A DNA stretch of 64,000 bases from a bacterium. GTDB lineage: Bacteria; Zhuqueibacterota; Zhuqueibacteria; Residuimicrobiales; Krinioviventaceae. Position 1 is the stretch's first letter. Each line of letters begins with the position of its first letter. The notes beneath the pieces are model-generated. The model saw only the letters and a list, made by a program, of their open reading frames with translations. It searched no databases and was not told the DNA's origin. The stretch spans positions 1,088,001-1,152,000 of the forward strand of contig CAXXMD010000002.1 in the NCBI GenBank assembly GCA_963675755.2, written 5' to 3'. A program made the position numbers and the translations under genes. Shown here in pieces: positions 49,528 to 59,242 of this stretch.

Positions 49528-50058
49528 CTATTCTCCCTTTTGTATATTTTCAAAGTATTTATTTCTAGCTTTAACAAAAAACTGTAAATTCTCTTTATCG
49601 TAATAATCCGGATAAGTCCATGGATTTGCCTGAAAGGTACCTCCCTGCCAAAAAAGTTGAACATCACCATAAATACCATTTCCAATATAGATACGGTGAC
49701 TAAAATTCTTTGTAGTTGCCAGCACCAGTTTGGGTACTTCAATATATCCAGGATCCAGATTTATTCTTCGGTTATTATTGTCGCTCAATTCTTCTTCAAT
49801 AGAATTTGTTTCAATTTTAGTATTAACAATATCTGAAGGATCAATATAGTTTTGAAATGTTACATAATATTTTTTCAGCTCTTTACCCATCTCTTCAGCA
49901 TAGTAATTAGTATGGCTGAAATCAAAAATATTGCTTTTATCATCTATCGGACCGTATAAAGTAATCAAACCTTCTTCAGCAATTTTTCTATCTTGCTCAT
50001 TTTTATAACATATTGCACATAACAACAATACAGGTTGTGGATTTCTAATTTGGCCCAT
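49528..50058 (-). CDS. DUF4416 family protein
   Basis: YYAEEMG, RRINLDPGY, LATTKNFSHRIY, WTYPDY. Confidence 0.85.
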   Translation of the reverse strand: MGQIRNPQPVLLLCAICYKNEQDRKIAEEGLITLYGPIDDKSNIFDFSHTNYYAEEMGKELKKYYVTFQNYIDPSDIVNTKIETNSIEEELSDNNNRRINLDPGYIEVPKLVLATTKNFSHRIYIGNGIYGDVQLFWQGGTFQANPWTYPDYYDKENLQFFVKARNKYFENIQKGE

Positions 50059-50074
50059 AATATATTCTTTCCTG

Positions 50075-50701
50075 TTATTTAATATTTACTAGATTCAAAG
50101 TACTGCCGCAAAAAGGGCAAAACTTCCACTCGGAATTGTGAAATACATGTTCCGAATGACTTGAACACTGAAGTACCGGTTTATTAAAATCGACCCGGGT
50201 TGTTTTACCATTTTCCTGATCGATTTGAAGTAAAAAATTACCACGTACAGTCTGACCAACAAGAAAAACATCAGACATTTCAGGCCTTTTAAGCCGTGAA
50301 TGAATTAAATTCCCTAGATTATCCATCACTACGCAATCGACTTCAATTTCACTCCAGTATCGGTATCCATCACTTTCTATATCATTATAATTTTTGCGAT
50401 CCTGCGCTACAATATATTTCTTCCAGGTTACCCGAACACCTTTAAACGTAACCCATTGAATTGTATCGAACCGGATATTTTCACCGGTTTCAAGTGGTAA
50501 AAAATCCACTTGAGGATAATCTGATTTCAGATATGTACCCTCACCATTAAACCTGAAATCAATCATGAAACTGTCTACGTTTGTTGATTTTTCACCAATA
50601 TCCGGCATAACCATTACGCTTGCAACTTTACGACCTTCATCCATAGCGTATATCAAAACAACCGAAAACAAGACAGTCATTAAAAGTATATGCCTAAACA
50701 T
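50075..50701 (-). CDS. Hypothetical exported protein with C-terminal zinc-ribbon-like motif
   Basis: ATG at 50701 with GGAG RBS; hydrophobic N-terminus; ends in CSSHSEH...CPFCG. Confidence 0.55.
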   Translation of the reverse strand: MFRHILLMTVLFSVVLIYAMDEGRKVASVMVMPDIGEKSTNVDSFMIDFRFNGEGTYLKSDYPQVDFLPLETGENIRFDTIQWVTFKGVRVTWKKYIVAQDRKNYNDIESDGYRYWSEIEVDCVVMDNLGNLIHSRLKRPEMSDVFLVGQTVRGNFLLQIDQENGKTTRVDFNKPVLQCSSHSEHVFHNSEWKFCPFCGSTLNLVNIK

Positions 50702-50785
50702 GGTTTTCTCCCAAATGTTTTTTATATAAACACCCAAGCGAGAGAATTAAATCCCATCAGGCAACAAACAACTTACAAAGCAAAA

Positions 50786-50821
50786 TAAAAAAAAACAAGC
50801 CCAAAGTCAAACTTTGGGCTT
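50786..50821 (-). terminator. Intrinsic terminator after xylA
   Basis: AAGCCCAAAGT...ACTTTGGGCTT stem with a long T run on the minus strand. Confidence 0.85.
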
Positions 50822-50828
50822 TTAACAG

Positions 50829-52160
50829 TTAAATAATAAACTGGTTTACAATCCGTTCATAGAGTTCCTGCTTGCCACTTTTCTTTTGAGGTTCACCTAT
50901 ACTTGCGGCAATGGTTGCAAGATCATCAAGCTCCAGCTCACCTCGCTCAAACTTGGCGCCCATACCCGTATCATAACTGGAATAGCGCTCTTTTTTCATT
51001 GCAAGGTAATCAGTTTCCGTAATAATTTTATCTGCAATCAACAATGCTTTGGCAATTGTATCGATAGAGTTGATATGCGAAATAAAAATATCTTCAAGAT
51101 CTGTAGAACTGCGTCTGGTTTTAGCGTCAAAGTTCATACCACCGTTTCCCAAACCTCCGGCTGGTAATAGTACCAGCATGGTTTCTACTGCATCCTGAAT
51201 GGAATGCCAGAACTCATCAGTGTCCCATCCGTTATGTGGATCACCCTGATTCACATCCAAACTGCCTAACATATTGGCGTTAGCGGCAACTTGTAACTCA
51301 TGCGCAAAAGTATGTCCTGCCAGTGTAGCATGGTTATTTTCAATATTGATTTTAAAATCTTTATCAAGCCCATACTGGCGTAAAAAACCAATCACCGTTG
51401 CAGTATCAAAATCGTATTGGTGTTTCGTAGGCTCCATAGGTTTGGGTTCAATCAAAAAAGTACCATTGAAACCTATTTTGCGTCCATACTCTTTTGCTTT
51501 TGTCAGGAACATTGCCAGATGTTCCTGTTCGCGTTTCATGTCAGTATTTAAAAGACTAAAGTAACCTTCCCTTCCACCCCAAAATACATAATTGGAACCA
51601 CCCAGCTCAACTGTAGCTTCGAGCGCGGCTTTGACCTGCGCAGCCGCATGCGTCAACACTTTAAAATCCGGATTTGTTGAAGCGCCATTCATATACCGGG
51701 GATGTGAAAACACATTTGCTGTTCCCCACAATAACTGAATACCAGACTCCTGTTGTTTCAGCTTTGCCAGTGCAGTCAGCTCCTGTAAATTCTTTTCAGA
51801 TTCAGAAACTGTACTGCCTTCAGGGGCCAGATCGCGATCATGAAAACAATAATATGGCAGTCCCAGTTTTGAAATAAATTCAAATGCTGCATCAAGCTTT
51901 TCTTTTGCAGCCTGAACGGGGTCATTATTGACCGCCCAGGGGAAATCCTGGGTACCCGGGCCAAAAGGGTCTTCACCCGTTCCACAAAAGGTATGCCAGT
52001 ATGCGACAGCAAAACGAAAATGCTCTTTCATGGTTTTGCCTGCAACCACCTTGTTTTCATCATAGTATCTGAATGCCAAGGGATTTCGGGATTCAGGACC
52101 TTCGTATTCGATTTTTCCGATTCCTTTAAAATATTCCTGATTACCGATAGTTACTTTCAT
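50829..52160 (-). CDS. xylA: Xylose isomerase (class II)
   Basis: ATG at 52160 with AGGAG RBS; [54 protein letters not shown]. Confidence 0.96.
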   Translation of the reverse strand: MKVTIGNQEYFKGIGKIEYEGPESRNPLAFRYYDENKVVAGKTMKEHFRFAVAYWHTFCGTGEDPFGPGTQDFPWAVNNDPVQAAKEKLDAAFEFISKLGLPYYCFHDRDLAPEGSTVSESEKNLQELTALAKLKQQESGIQLLWGTANVFSHPRYMNGASTNPDFKVLTHAAAQVKAALEATVELGGSNYVFWGGREGYFSLLNTDMKREQEHLAMFLTKAKEYGRKIGFNGTFLIEPKPMEPTKHQYDFDTATVIGFLRQYGLDKDFKINIENNHATLAGHTFAHELQVAANANMLGSLDVNQGDPHNGWDTDEFWHSIQDAVETMLVLLPAGGLGNGGMNFDAKTRRSSTDLEDIFISHINSIDTIAKALLIADKIITETDYLAMKKERYSSYDTGMGAKFERGELELDDLATIAASIGEPQKKSGKQELYERIVNQFII

Positions 52161-52182
52161 AAAATCTCCTGTAAATTTTCTA

Positions 52183-53445
52183 TTATGGAAAAATACCGCG
52201 AGCTTCAACTGCTTTGGCTACCCGCTGCACAGCAATCATCATTGCAGCATTTCTCAAATCAGTTTTTTCCTGTTGCGACAATTTCCAAACAGCATCAAAA
52301 CTTTGTACCATTACCCTGCGCAAGTTCTGATTTACTTCATCTTCATCCCAGAAAAAGGATTGGATACTCTGTACCCATTCAAAATAGGATACTACAACAC
52401 CACCGCTATTGGCTAAAATATCCGGAACGACATACTTTCCTTTTTCTACAAGATATCTTTCAGCTTCGGGGGTTGTAGGACCGTTAGCGCCTTCAACAAT
52501 AGCATATGCCTTGATCTTTTCACAATTATCAATTGTGATCTGTTTTTCCAACGCAGCAGGTACAATAACATCTACATCCAGTTCAAAAATCTCTGACGGG
52601 TCAATTTTGCTTACACCGGGTGCAGAAAAGCCTTCCAGGTGATGATGGCGATTTTTCTGGCAATGTTCAATCATATCAGAAATTGGCAATCCATCAGGAC
52701 AAAAATATGCACCGGTAACATCACTAACTGCATGTACTTTACATCCTTCTTTTGCCAACAGGTCAGCACTAACTGAACCTACATTACCAAAACCCTGAAT
52801 AGCTACACTTGTTTGTTTAGGATCTTTTCCCAGTCGTTTTAAAAGCTCAAGTGTATTGAACATAACACCCCGACCGGTAGCCTCACGTCTACCCAGTGAA
52901 CCTCCCAGTTCTATAGATTTACCTGTCACAATGTCCAGGACGGTTGAACCGTGGAACATACTGACAGTATCCATAATATAACCCATTGTTTCGGCATTTG
53001 TGCCAACATCGGGAGCGGGGATATCCTGATGGGGACCAATAATAGGCATGATAGCAACGGTATATCGCCTTGTCAGTCTGCGAAGTTCATCAGGAGATAA
53101 CAGGGTAGGATCTACCTGCACACCACCTTTACCACCACCATAAGGTATATTTACCACCGCACATTTCCAGGTCATCCACATTGCCAGCGCTTTCACCTCG
53201 TCAAGATTTACACCCTGATGAAATCGGATACCGCCCTTACAGGGACCTCGCGCATGGGAATGTTGAACCCGGTAACCACAAAACACTTCAATCCGGCCGT
53301 CATCCATAACTACCGGAAGAGCGACGGTCAAAGCCCGTTCCGGAAAGCTAAGCACACCTAACGTGCTTGGGCTGAGGTTGAGTTTTGTTGCAGCAGACTC
53401 TAACTGCTCAAGAGCCATGTCGAACACACTGGAATTTGGCATCAC
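52183..53445 (-). CDS. gdh: Glu/Leu/Phe/Val dehydrogenase, probably glutamate dehydrogenase
   Basis: [55 protein letters not shown]. Confidence 0.92.
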   Translation of the reverse strand: MMPNSSVFDMALEQLESAATKLNLSPSTLGVLSFPERALTVALPVVMDDGRIEVFCGYRVQHSHARGPCKGGIRFHQGVNLDEVKALAMWMTWKCAVVNIPYGGGKGGVQVDPTLLSPDELRRLTRRYTVAIMPIIGPHQDIPAPDVGTNAETMGYIMDTVSMFHGSTVLDIVTGKSIELGGSLGRREATGRGVMFNTLELLKRLGKDPKQTSVAIQGFGNVGSVSADLLAKEGCKVHAVSDVTGAYFCPDGLPISDMIEHCQKNRHHHLEGFSAPGVSKIDPSEIFELDVDVIVPAALEKQITIDNCEKIKAYAIVEGANGPTTPEAERYLVEKGKYVVPDILANSGGVVVSYFEWVQSIQSFFWDEDEVNQNLRRVMVQSFDAVWKLSQQEKTDLRNAAMMIAVQRVAKAVEARGIFP

Positions 53446-54254
53446 GCCCTCCCATTTTTGTGTGGTTTTTGGATTATATAATACGCAGACATGGTTACAA
53501 AATCCCTAATGTATAGCAAACGGGATATGAAACCATTCTGCAGCCTTGGCTTCATATTGAATTTATATTTATAAATCGGTGCAACAAAATAAAATAACCG
53601 TTTGATGAGTTTGTATTGATTTCTTTTAAAAATTCGTTCAAAACGCTCTATAGAGATACCCGTTTCTTTAATTTCTAACAATGCCTCAATTTTATCATCC
53701 GTTTCACCAAAGCGTTTTAAAATAAATCTGTACATAAATTCAGGCAAAAGATGATAATAAGGCAGCTTGGCGGCAAAACGGTTTACACAGATTTGCTGAT
53801 GTCCGCCAAAAGGCATGGCAAAAGGAGGAAAACCAAAAAATACAAATCCACCAGGATTCAGAAAATCAAGTAAACGAGCCATAAAACGTTCCTGATCATG
53901 AATGTGTTCAATCACATCTTTGAGAATAACAAGATCAAACTTTGTTTCAATTTCAGTATCAAAATCCACATCATATATATTTTTAGAAAAAAACCTCACC
54001 TGCCCTGATTCGTATTCTGCTCTGGTAAATTCCTTGGCAAGTTCAACGCGGCTGGGAGAAAGCTCAACGCCCACACACTGACAGCCGTAATCCAAAAAGG
54101 ATTTTAAAACACCGGCTTCGGCACAGCCAATTTCCAAAACATGGGTTTGATTATTCAGATTTAAATAGGGAGATATAAATGGGATTATTGAATCGCGGGA
54201 GTTGTTGTATTGCATTTCAAAATAGTGCTTTTTATCGGAATGAAAATCGTACAT
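53442..54254 (-). CDS. Class I SAM-dependent methyltransferase
   Basis: VLEIGCAEAG, DVIEHI, LNPGG, PFGGHQQ. Confidence 0.88.
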   Translation of the reverse strand: MYDFHSDKKHYFEMQYNNSRDSIIPFISPYLNLNNQTHVLEIGCAEAGVLKSFLDYGCQCVGVELSPSRVELAKEFTRAEYESGQVRFFSKNIYDVDFDTEIETKFDLVILKDVIEHIHDQERFMARLLDFLNPGGFVFFGFPPFAMPFGGHQQICVNRFAAKLPYYHLLPEFMYRFILKRFGETDDKIEALLEIKETGISIERFERIFKRNQYKLIKRLFYFVAPIYKYKFNMKPRLQNGFISRLLYIRDFVTMSAYYIIQKPHKNGRA

Positions 54255-54266
54255 AAAGTTCGGGTC

Positions 54267-54704
54267 CTAACTCATCCATGATAATGGATCATTCTTAACC
54301 TTATCCATCTTGCGGCGTTCCTTTTTGGTTGGCCGGCCTTTATATTTAGGTTTCAACTGTTTTGTTGATTTATAGTGAAGACCAATTAGCTCTTTAGCTT
54401 CATCTGATAATTCTAATTCCTCCTTGACATACATTTCTCGGGCATCTTTTGCAGACACATTTTTATGCGCAAGCCCGGAAATTGTATAGTTGATATATTG
54501 ACCACCTTTTTGCTTGATAGTCAATACATCCCCAATATGTATCATTTTTGAGGGTTTTGCAACCTCATTATTGACTTTGACTTTACGGTCATCACAGGCA
54601 CGGGTTGCCTGGGCCCGCGTTTTAAACAAGCAGGAAATATTTAGCCATTTATCAAGACGTTGCTGTTCGGCTTTATCGAAAATAATTTTATCTTCAATAC
54701 TCAT
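54267..54704 (-). CDS. hslR: S4-domain ribosome-associated heat shock protein Hsp15-like
   Basis: RLDKWL...FKTRAQA..AC, GRPTKKERR. Confidence 0.9.
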   Translation of the reverse strand: MSIEDKIIFDKAEQQRLDKWLNISCLFKTRAQATRACDDRKVKVNNEVAKPSKMIHIGDVLTIKQKGGQYINYTISGLAHKNVSAKDAREMYVKEELELSDEAKELIGLHYKSTKQLKPKYKGRPTKKERRKMDKVKNDPLSWMS

Positions 54705-54706
54705 TT

Positions 54707-55675
54707 CTAAAAAATTTCAACCTTCAAGTAGCGTTGTGGATTTTTACGAACATCTTTGACCAGACTGTCAAGTTCTGTAGTAATACGGGTCATATCGTTA
54801 TACAGGTCTTCATTACTTATAGCCTTACCTACAGAACCTTCACCCTTTTCAATTTTTGTAATGATTGAATTCAGCTTAGAGACCGATGTATCAATCTTGT
54901 TATACATTTCAGGATCAGAAATTAATCTGGCCGCTGTACCTTGTCCGGTTTTCAAACTATCTGACAATTCTCTCATATTTTTAACAGACTCTGCAATATT
55001 GATGGCAAAAGTAGAGTCATTAAGCAGCATGTTTAAAGTACCTTCACTGTTTGCAACTTGCGAGCCAATCAGCTCAACCAGGTTCAATAAACGGTCAAGA
55101 CTAAAATAAATACGTGGATCATTCACAATCAAACCCAACGTACCTTTACCGGAATTAATTTTACCGCTAATCTCTTCAATCTCTTTGGTTGCACGCTTGA
55201 GACCATTAACAACATTTACACCTTCATCAATAATTTTTTCAACATCTATTGGGTCAGAACTTTTCAACAATTCATTATTTTGCAATACAGGCTGATCAAG
55301 TGATCCCATGGTCAAGCCAATAAACTTGTCTCCTAAAAGACCCAGTGTACCAATGTGTGCTTCAGAATCCTGACGAATGCGGTTTTGTACTGTTTTATCG
55401 ATTTCCAGTACAACTTCAATCTTTTGGTCTTCCAGGTCACTGGAAAAATCCACACCCACAACACTTCCCACTCTAACACCAGCAAGACGTACCGGAGCTC
55501 CGGATTGCAGACCATTCACCCGGGACATTAAAACCCGCAATTGATAACGGTCATTCAAAAGTCCTTGTTGGTTTCCCACAGACATAATTGCAAATATAAT
55601 AATTGCTATTCCAACAAGTATTGTAATACCCACTTTAATTTCATGCCGTTTTTCGGCTTGTTCTCTATTACTCAT
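54707..55675 (-). CDS. mlaD: MlaD/MCE family protein with long helical tail
   Basis: N-terminal TM, GLQSGAPVRLAGVRVGSV, GLLGDKFI, repeated G.GT.G.L..D helices. Confidence 0.9.
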   Translation of the reverse strand: MSNREQAEKRHEIKVGITILVGIAIIIFAIMSVGNQQGLLNDRYQLRVLMSRVNGLQSGAPVRLAGVRVGSVVGVDFSSDLEDQKIEVVLEIDKTVQNRIRQDSEAHIGTLGLLGDKFIGLTMGSLDQPVLQNNELLKSSDPIDVEKIIDEGVNVVNGLKRATKEIEEISGKINSGKGTLGLIVNDPRIYFSLDRLLNLVELIGSQVANSEGTLNMLLNDSTFAINIAESVKNMRELSDSLKTGQGTAARLISDPEMYNKIDTSVSKLNSIITKIEKGEGSVGKAISNEDLYNDMTRITTELDSLVKDVRKNPQRYLKVEIF

Positions 55676-56421
55676 TTTGGACCCGCTATAAATCGTTGAA
55701 CAAATTCATTTTTACTTGATTTAATTTCCGCAATAGTACCTATTTCAATAATTGCGCCATCATTAATAACCGCAACCCGATCAGCTACACTAAAGCCACT
55801 ATCCAACTCGTGGGTTACTACTATGGATGTAACACCCAGTTCTTTTTGAGTTTTTCGAATCAATGCATTAATAGTCGTAGCCGTAATCGGATCCAATCCG
55901 GTTGTAGGCTCATCATATAACATGATCTGTGGCTGGCTTGCCATAGCACGCGCAAGGGCTGCTCTTTTTTTCATTCCGCCTGATAAACTGGCAGGCATTA
56001 ATTTTTCTGTACCTTTAAGATCTACAAATTCCAGATTTCTTTTAACAATTTCTTCTATTTGTACCGGTTTCATTTTGGTGTGTTCTTTTAAAGAATAGCC
56101 AACATTATCACCAACAGTTAAGGAATCAAACAATGCCGCACCTTGAAAGAGCATGCCAATTTTTTGTCGTATAGGAAACAATGCGTTTTCCTGCAATTCA
56201 GTAATCTCATCTCCATCAACATATACCTGCCCAGAATCCGCAGGTAATAAACCGAGTAAAATTTTCAACATTACACTTTTTCCACATCCGCTGCGTCCCA
56301 AAATAACCAGCGTTTCACCACGATAAATGGAAAGATTCAATCCCTGCAGCACATGTTTATCTCCAAAGGATTTATAAACATTTTGAAAATCAATTATATA
56401 GTCTCGGTTCTCTATCATCAA
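55672..56421 (-). CDS. mlaF: MlaF-type ABC ATPase
   Basis: GRSGCGKS, FQGAALFDSLTV, LSGGMKKR, YDEPTTGLDP. Confidence 0.92.
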   Translation of the reverse strand: MMIENRDYIIDFQNVYKSFGDKHVLQGLNLSIYRGETLVILGRSGCGKSVMLKILLGLLPADSGQVYVDGDEITELQENALFPIRQKIGMLFQGAALFDSLTVGDNVGYSLKEHTKMKPVQIEEIVKRNLEFVDLKGTEKLMPASLSGGMKKRAALARAMASQPQIMLYDEPTTGLDPITATTINALIRKTQKELGVTSIVVTHELDSGFSVADRVAVINDGAIIEIGTIAEIKSSKNEFVQRFIAGPK

Positions 56422-56424
56422 ATT

Positions 56425-57198
56425 CTACATCCACGAAATTGACAAAATCAGCTTTGTTATAAAAAAGTCCAATACAAAAATCAATATTGAAGAAACAACA
56501 ACAGATTGTGTAGTAGCTTCACCAACACCTTTGGTACCTCCCTGTGCATTAAAGCCCATATAGCAGCTCACAATTGCTATGGTTATACCAAATACAAAAG
56601 GCTTTATCATACCTGTAATCAAATCACCAAAACCCAAAGCACGTGTTACCGTTTTCCAGTAAAATGATGAACTGATTCCTAACGAACTTGTGGCTATTAC
56701 CAGACCACCTAAAATCCCAACCATATCGCCAATAACTGTTAAAACCGGTAGCATAATAGCTAAAGCTTTTAAACGGGTTGATGCTAGTTTACGGATAGGA
56801 TTGGTTCCCAGGGCCTTCATAGCATCCAGCTGTTCAGTAACTTTCATAGATCCCAATTCTGCCGCAATACCAGCTCCTACTCGCCCGGCAACAACCAAAG
56901 AAACCAAAACGGGTCCCAGTTCACGCACCAGTGAAACACTGACCAAAGTTCCTACATACATTTTTGCGCCATAAACTGCCATCTCATAACCGGATTGCAG
57001 GGTCAATACCATACCCGTAAACCCGGAAGTCATCAAGATAATCAGTAATGAACGCACTCCAATGCTGTGCATTTGATCAAATGTGTCTTTGATATAAAAT
57101 GGGCGGCTAAAAATATTGTAGGTAGCCCTGCCAAACAATTCAGCAAGTCCATGCAGGTGTACAAGAAATTCTATAAAAGTATGATATGATCGTTTCAA
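56425..57198 (-). CDS. mlaE: MlaE-type ABC permease
   Basis: RELGPVL, AGRVGAGIAAELGSMKVTEQLDA, GVGEATT.SVV. Confidence 0.93.
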   Translation of the reverse strand: MKRSYHTFIEFLVHLHGLAELFGRATYNIFSRPFYIKDTFDQMHSIGVRSLLIILMTSGFTGMVLTLQSGYEMAVYGAKMYVGTLVSVSLVRELGPVLVSLVVAGRVGAGIAAELGSMKVTEQLDAMKALGTNPIRKLASTRLKALAIMLPVLTVIGDMVGILGGLVIATSSLGISSSFYWKTVTRALGFGDLITGMIKPFVFGITIAIVSCYMGFNAQGGTKGVGEATTQSVVVSSILIFVLDFFITKLILSISWM

Positions 57199-57303
57199 AT
57201 GATATTTACTTTAATTTTTTTATTAAAATCCATAAAAAACAATGTGATAAAAAAAAAGGTCTTTTGCAAATATTTCTTGAAAAATCTTTATTATAAAACA
57301 CTA

Positions 57304-58044
57304 CTAATCCTCTAATGTTCCATTTACAAGGGGTACATTTTTTCTGATCAATACGGTTATACCTGCCATTAGCAAATATATCAATATTAAATTATGAATA
57401 GGACTTTTCAAAAGAACGATATGCATTTTAAACAACAAGAAAATAATACCAGACATTATTAAAAACAATAAAGCAGAAATATTGGTAAAAAAAGTAAATC
57501 CAAGATTTCCATCCTGAAAAGCATCGATCATGAATCCAATACCACCGCCAATAACAACTATTAACAATAGAACCAAATAACAAAGCAAAGAAACAACTAT
57601 AGTTGCTAAAATCATCAAAGATTTTGAATATTTATGAATAAAGCTACTAACCTTCAAGGGTTCTATAACAATGGGTTCATCTGAATCAATCTCAAGTTCA
57701 CTGACTTTAATGCTCTCTATATCATTATTGGTTTTTAAGACCAGCAGGCTTTCAGAAATTAATACAGAGTTTTGAACGGTTGATTCAAAATAATCAAGAT
57801 CAGGTTCTTTTTCACAAATAATCTCTACCGAATTCCCGATAGTCAATTTGACAGGTACAGGATCCAGAAAAACAAGTTTGTGATCATCCAGCTCTATTCT
57901 GGGAAAAGGTTCAACAAAAGCCTGTCTGTAAAGAGATACATATTCCATTCCCCTGTTAAACAATGGAACAATTACCAACAGTGCAAATAAAACAGTGTTG
58001 GCTAGAACAATTAAAAAATAATATTTCTTGTTAATCACATGCAA
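57304..58044 (-). CDS. Hypothetical membrane protein
   Basis: N-terminal TM, soluble loop, and three or four C-terminal TMs; 7 nt downstream of the second buk. Confidence 0.6.
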   Translation of the reverse strand: MHVINKKYYFLIVLANTVLFALLVIVPLFNRGMEYVSLYRQAFVEPFPRIELDDHKLVFLDPVPVKLTIGNSVEIICEKEPDLDYFESTVQNSVLISESLLVLKTNNDIESIKVSELEIDSDEPIVIEPLKVSSFIHKYSKSLMILATIVVSLLCYLVLLLIVVIGGGIGFMIDAFQDGNLGFTFFTNISALLFLIMSGIIFLLFKMHIVLLKSPIHNLILIYLLMAGITVLIRKNVPLVNGTLED

Positions 58045-58051
58045 ACCTGGT

Positions 58052-59125
58052 TCAATACTCTCTCAACTCTTCCTGACCATTTAATACTCGCAAAACTCCC
58101 TGGGCCATTGCATCCATTTCCAATTCGCCGGGAAAAACAAAGACAGGTGCAATAAACATAACACGTCCGGTAACTTCGGTAATTAATCGATTTGAATTTG
58201 CAAGTCCACCAGTCAAGACAATAGCTTTTACATCTCCATTAACCACTGTTGCCATTGCTCCAATCTCTTTGGCAATCTGATAGCACATGGCAAAAAAAAC
58301 ATTCTTTGCCAATTCATCACCATCCTGAATGCGTTGCTCAATTACCTGCATATCTTTTGTTCCAAGGTATGCTTTTAATCCGCCCTTGCTCATGACCAGT
58401 TCTTTCATATCATGATTGGCATATTTGCCTGAAAAACACATATCAATAAAGGGCATAAGTGGCAATGCGCCAGTACGTTCAGGTGAAAATGGGCCGGCGC
58501 TGGAAGCATCGTTCACATCAATCACCCTGCCATTTCGAACAGGAGCAATAGAGATGCCTCCTCCTAAATGCGCAACAATGAAATTATTTTTACTGGCATC
58601 TATATTCAGCTTTTCAGCCGCCCAGTATGTAGCGGCCCTTAAATTCAAAGAATGTGACAATGAACGTCTTTCCATTAACGGATGCCCGGAATATCTGGCT
58701 ACGGGTTCAAACTCATCAACAGATACAGGGTCAACTGTATACGCAGGACAACCATATTTTGTTGCAATTTTATCTGCCAGCGCACATCCTAAATTGGATA
58801 CATGTGCACCCCTGTGCCCTTCACGCGCATCTTTGATCATCTGTTGATTAACTTTATAAGTTCCCCGTTTGAGTGGTTTTAGAATTCCACCACGTCCAAC
58901 AACTGCATCAAGGGGATCAGCTAATCCCTGATCTGCAAGGAAATCTTCAATAGCATTTGTACGGTATTCAAACTGGCTCCAAAGAGAATTAAACCTGCCG
59001 AGTTCTCGCTCATCATGTTTAATGTTCTCTGAAGCTATTACCTCTTTACCTGCATACAATGCAACTTTGGTTGAAGTTGAGCCAGGATTTATTACAAGTA
59101 TTAAAGCTTTATCATTTTGGGTCAA
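58052..59125 (-). CDS. buk: Butyrate kinase (second paralogue)
   Basis: INPGSTSTK, VGRGGIL, HVSNLG, SHSLN, AHLGGGIS, GPFSPER; AAGGAG RBS. Confidence 0.93.
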   Translation of the reverse strand: MTQNDKALILVINPGSTSTKVALYAGKEVIASENIKHDERELGRFNSLWSQFEYRTNAIEDFLADQGLADPLDAVVGRGGILKPLKRGTYKVNQQMIKDAREGHRGAHVSNLGCALADKIATKYGCPAYTVDPVSVDEFEPVARYSGHPLMERRSLSHSLNLRAATYWAAEKLNIDASKNNFIVAHLGGGISIAPVRNGRVIDVNDASSAGPFSPERTGALPLMPFIDMCFSGKYANHDMKELVMSKGGLKAYLGTKDMQVIEQRIQDGDELAKNVFFAMCYQIAKEIGAMATVVNGDVKAIVLTGGLANSNRLITEVTGRVMFIAPVFVFPGELEMDAMAQGVLRVLNGQEELREY

Positions 59126-59202
59126 TTCTTTACTCCTTTAATTGGATATTTTATGGAATTTTCCCTGGTTTTTGCACAATATATAAAAAGGTTCTGTTAC
59201 AA

Positions 59203-59238
59203 ACAAGAAAAAAGGGAAAGGCTAAAGCCTTTCCCTTT
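59203..59238 (-). terminator. Intrinsic terminator of the hydrogenase operon
   Basis: AAAGGGAAAGGC-taaa-GCCTTTCCCTTT immediately after the hydrogenase stop, with a T-rich tail on the minus strand. Confidence 0.88.
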
Positions 59239-59242
59239 GCAA

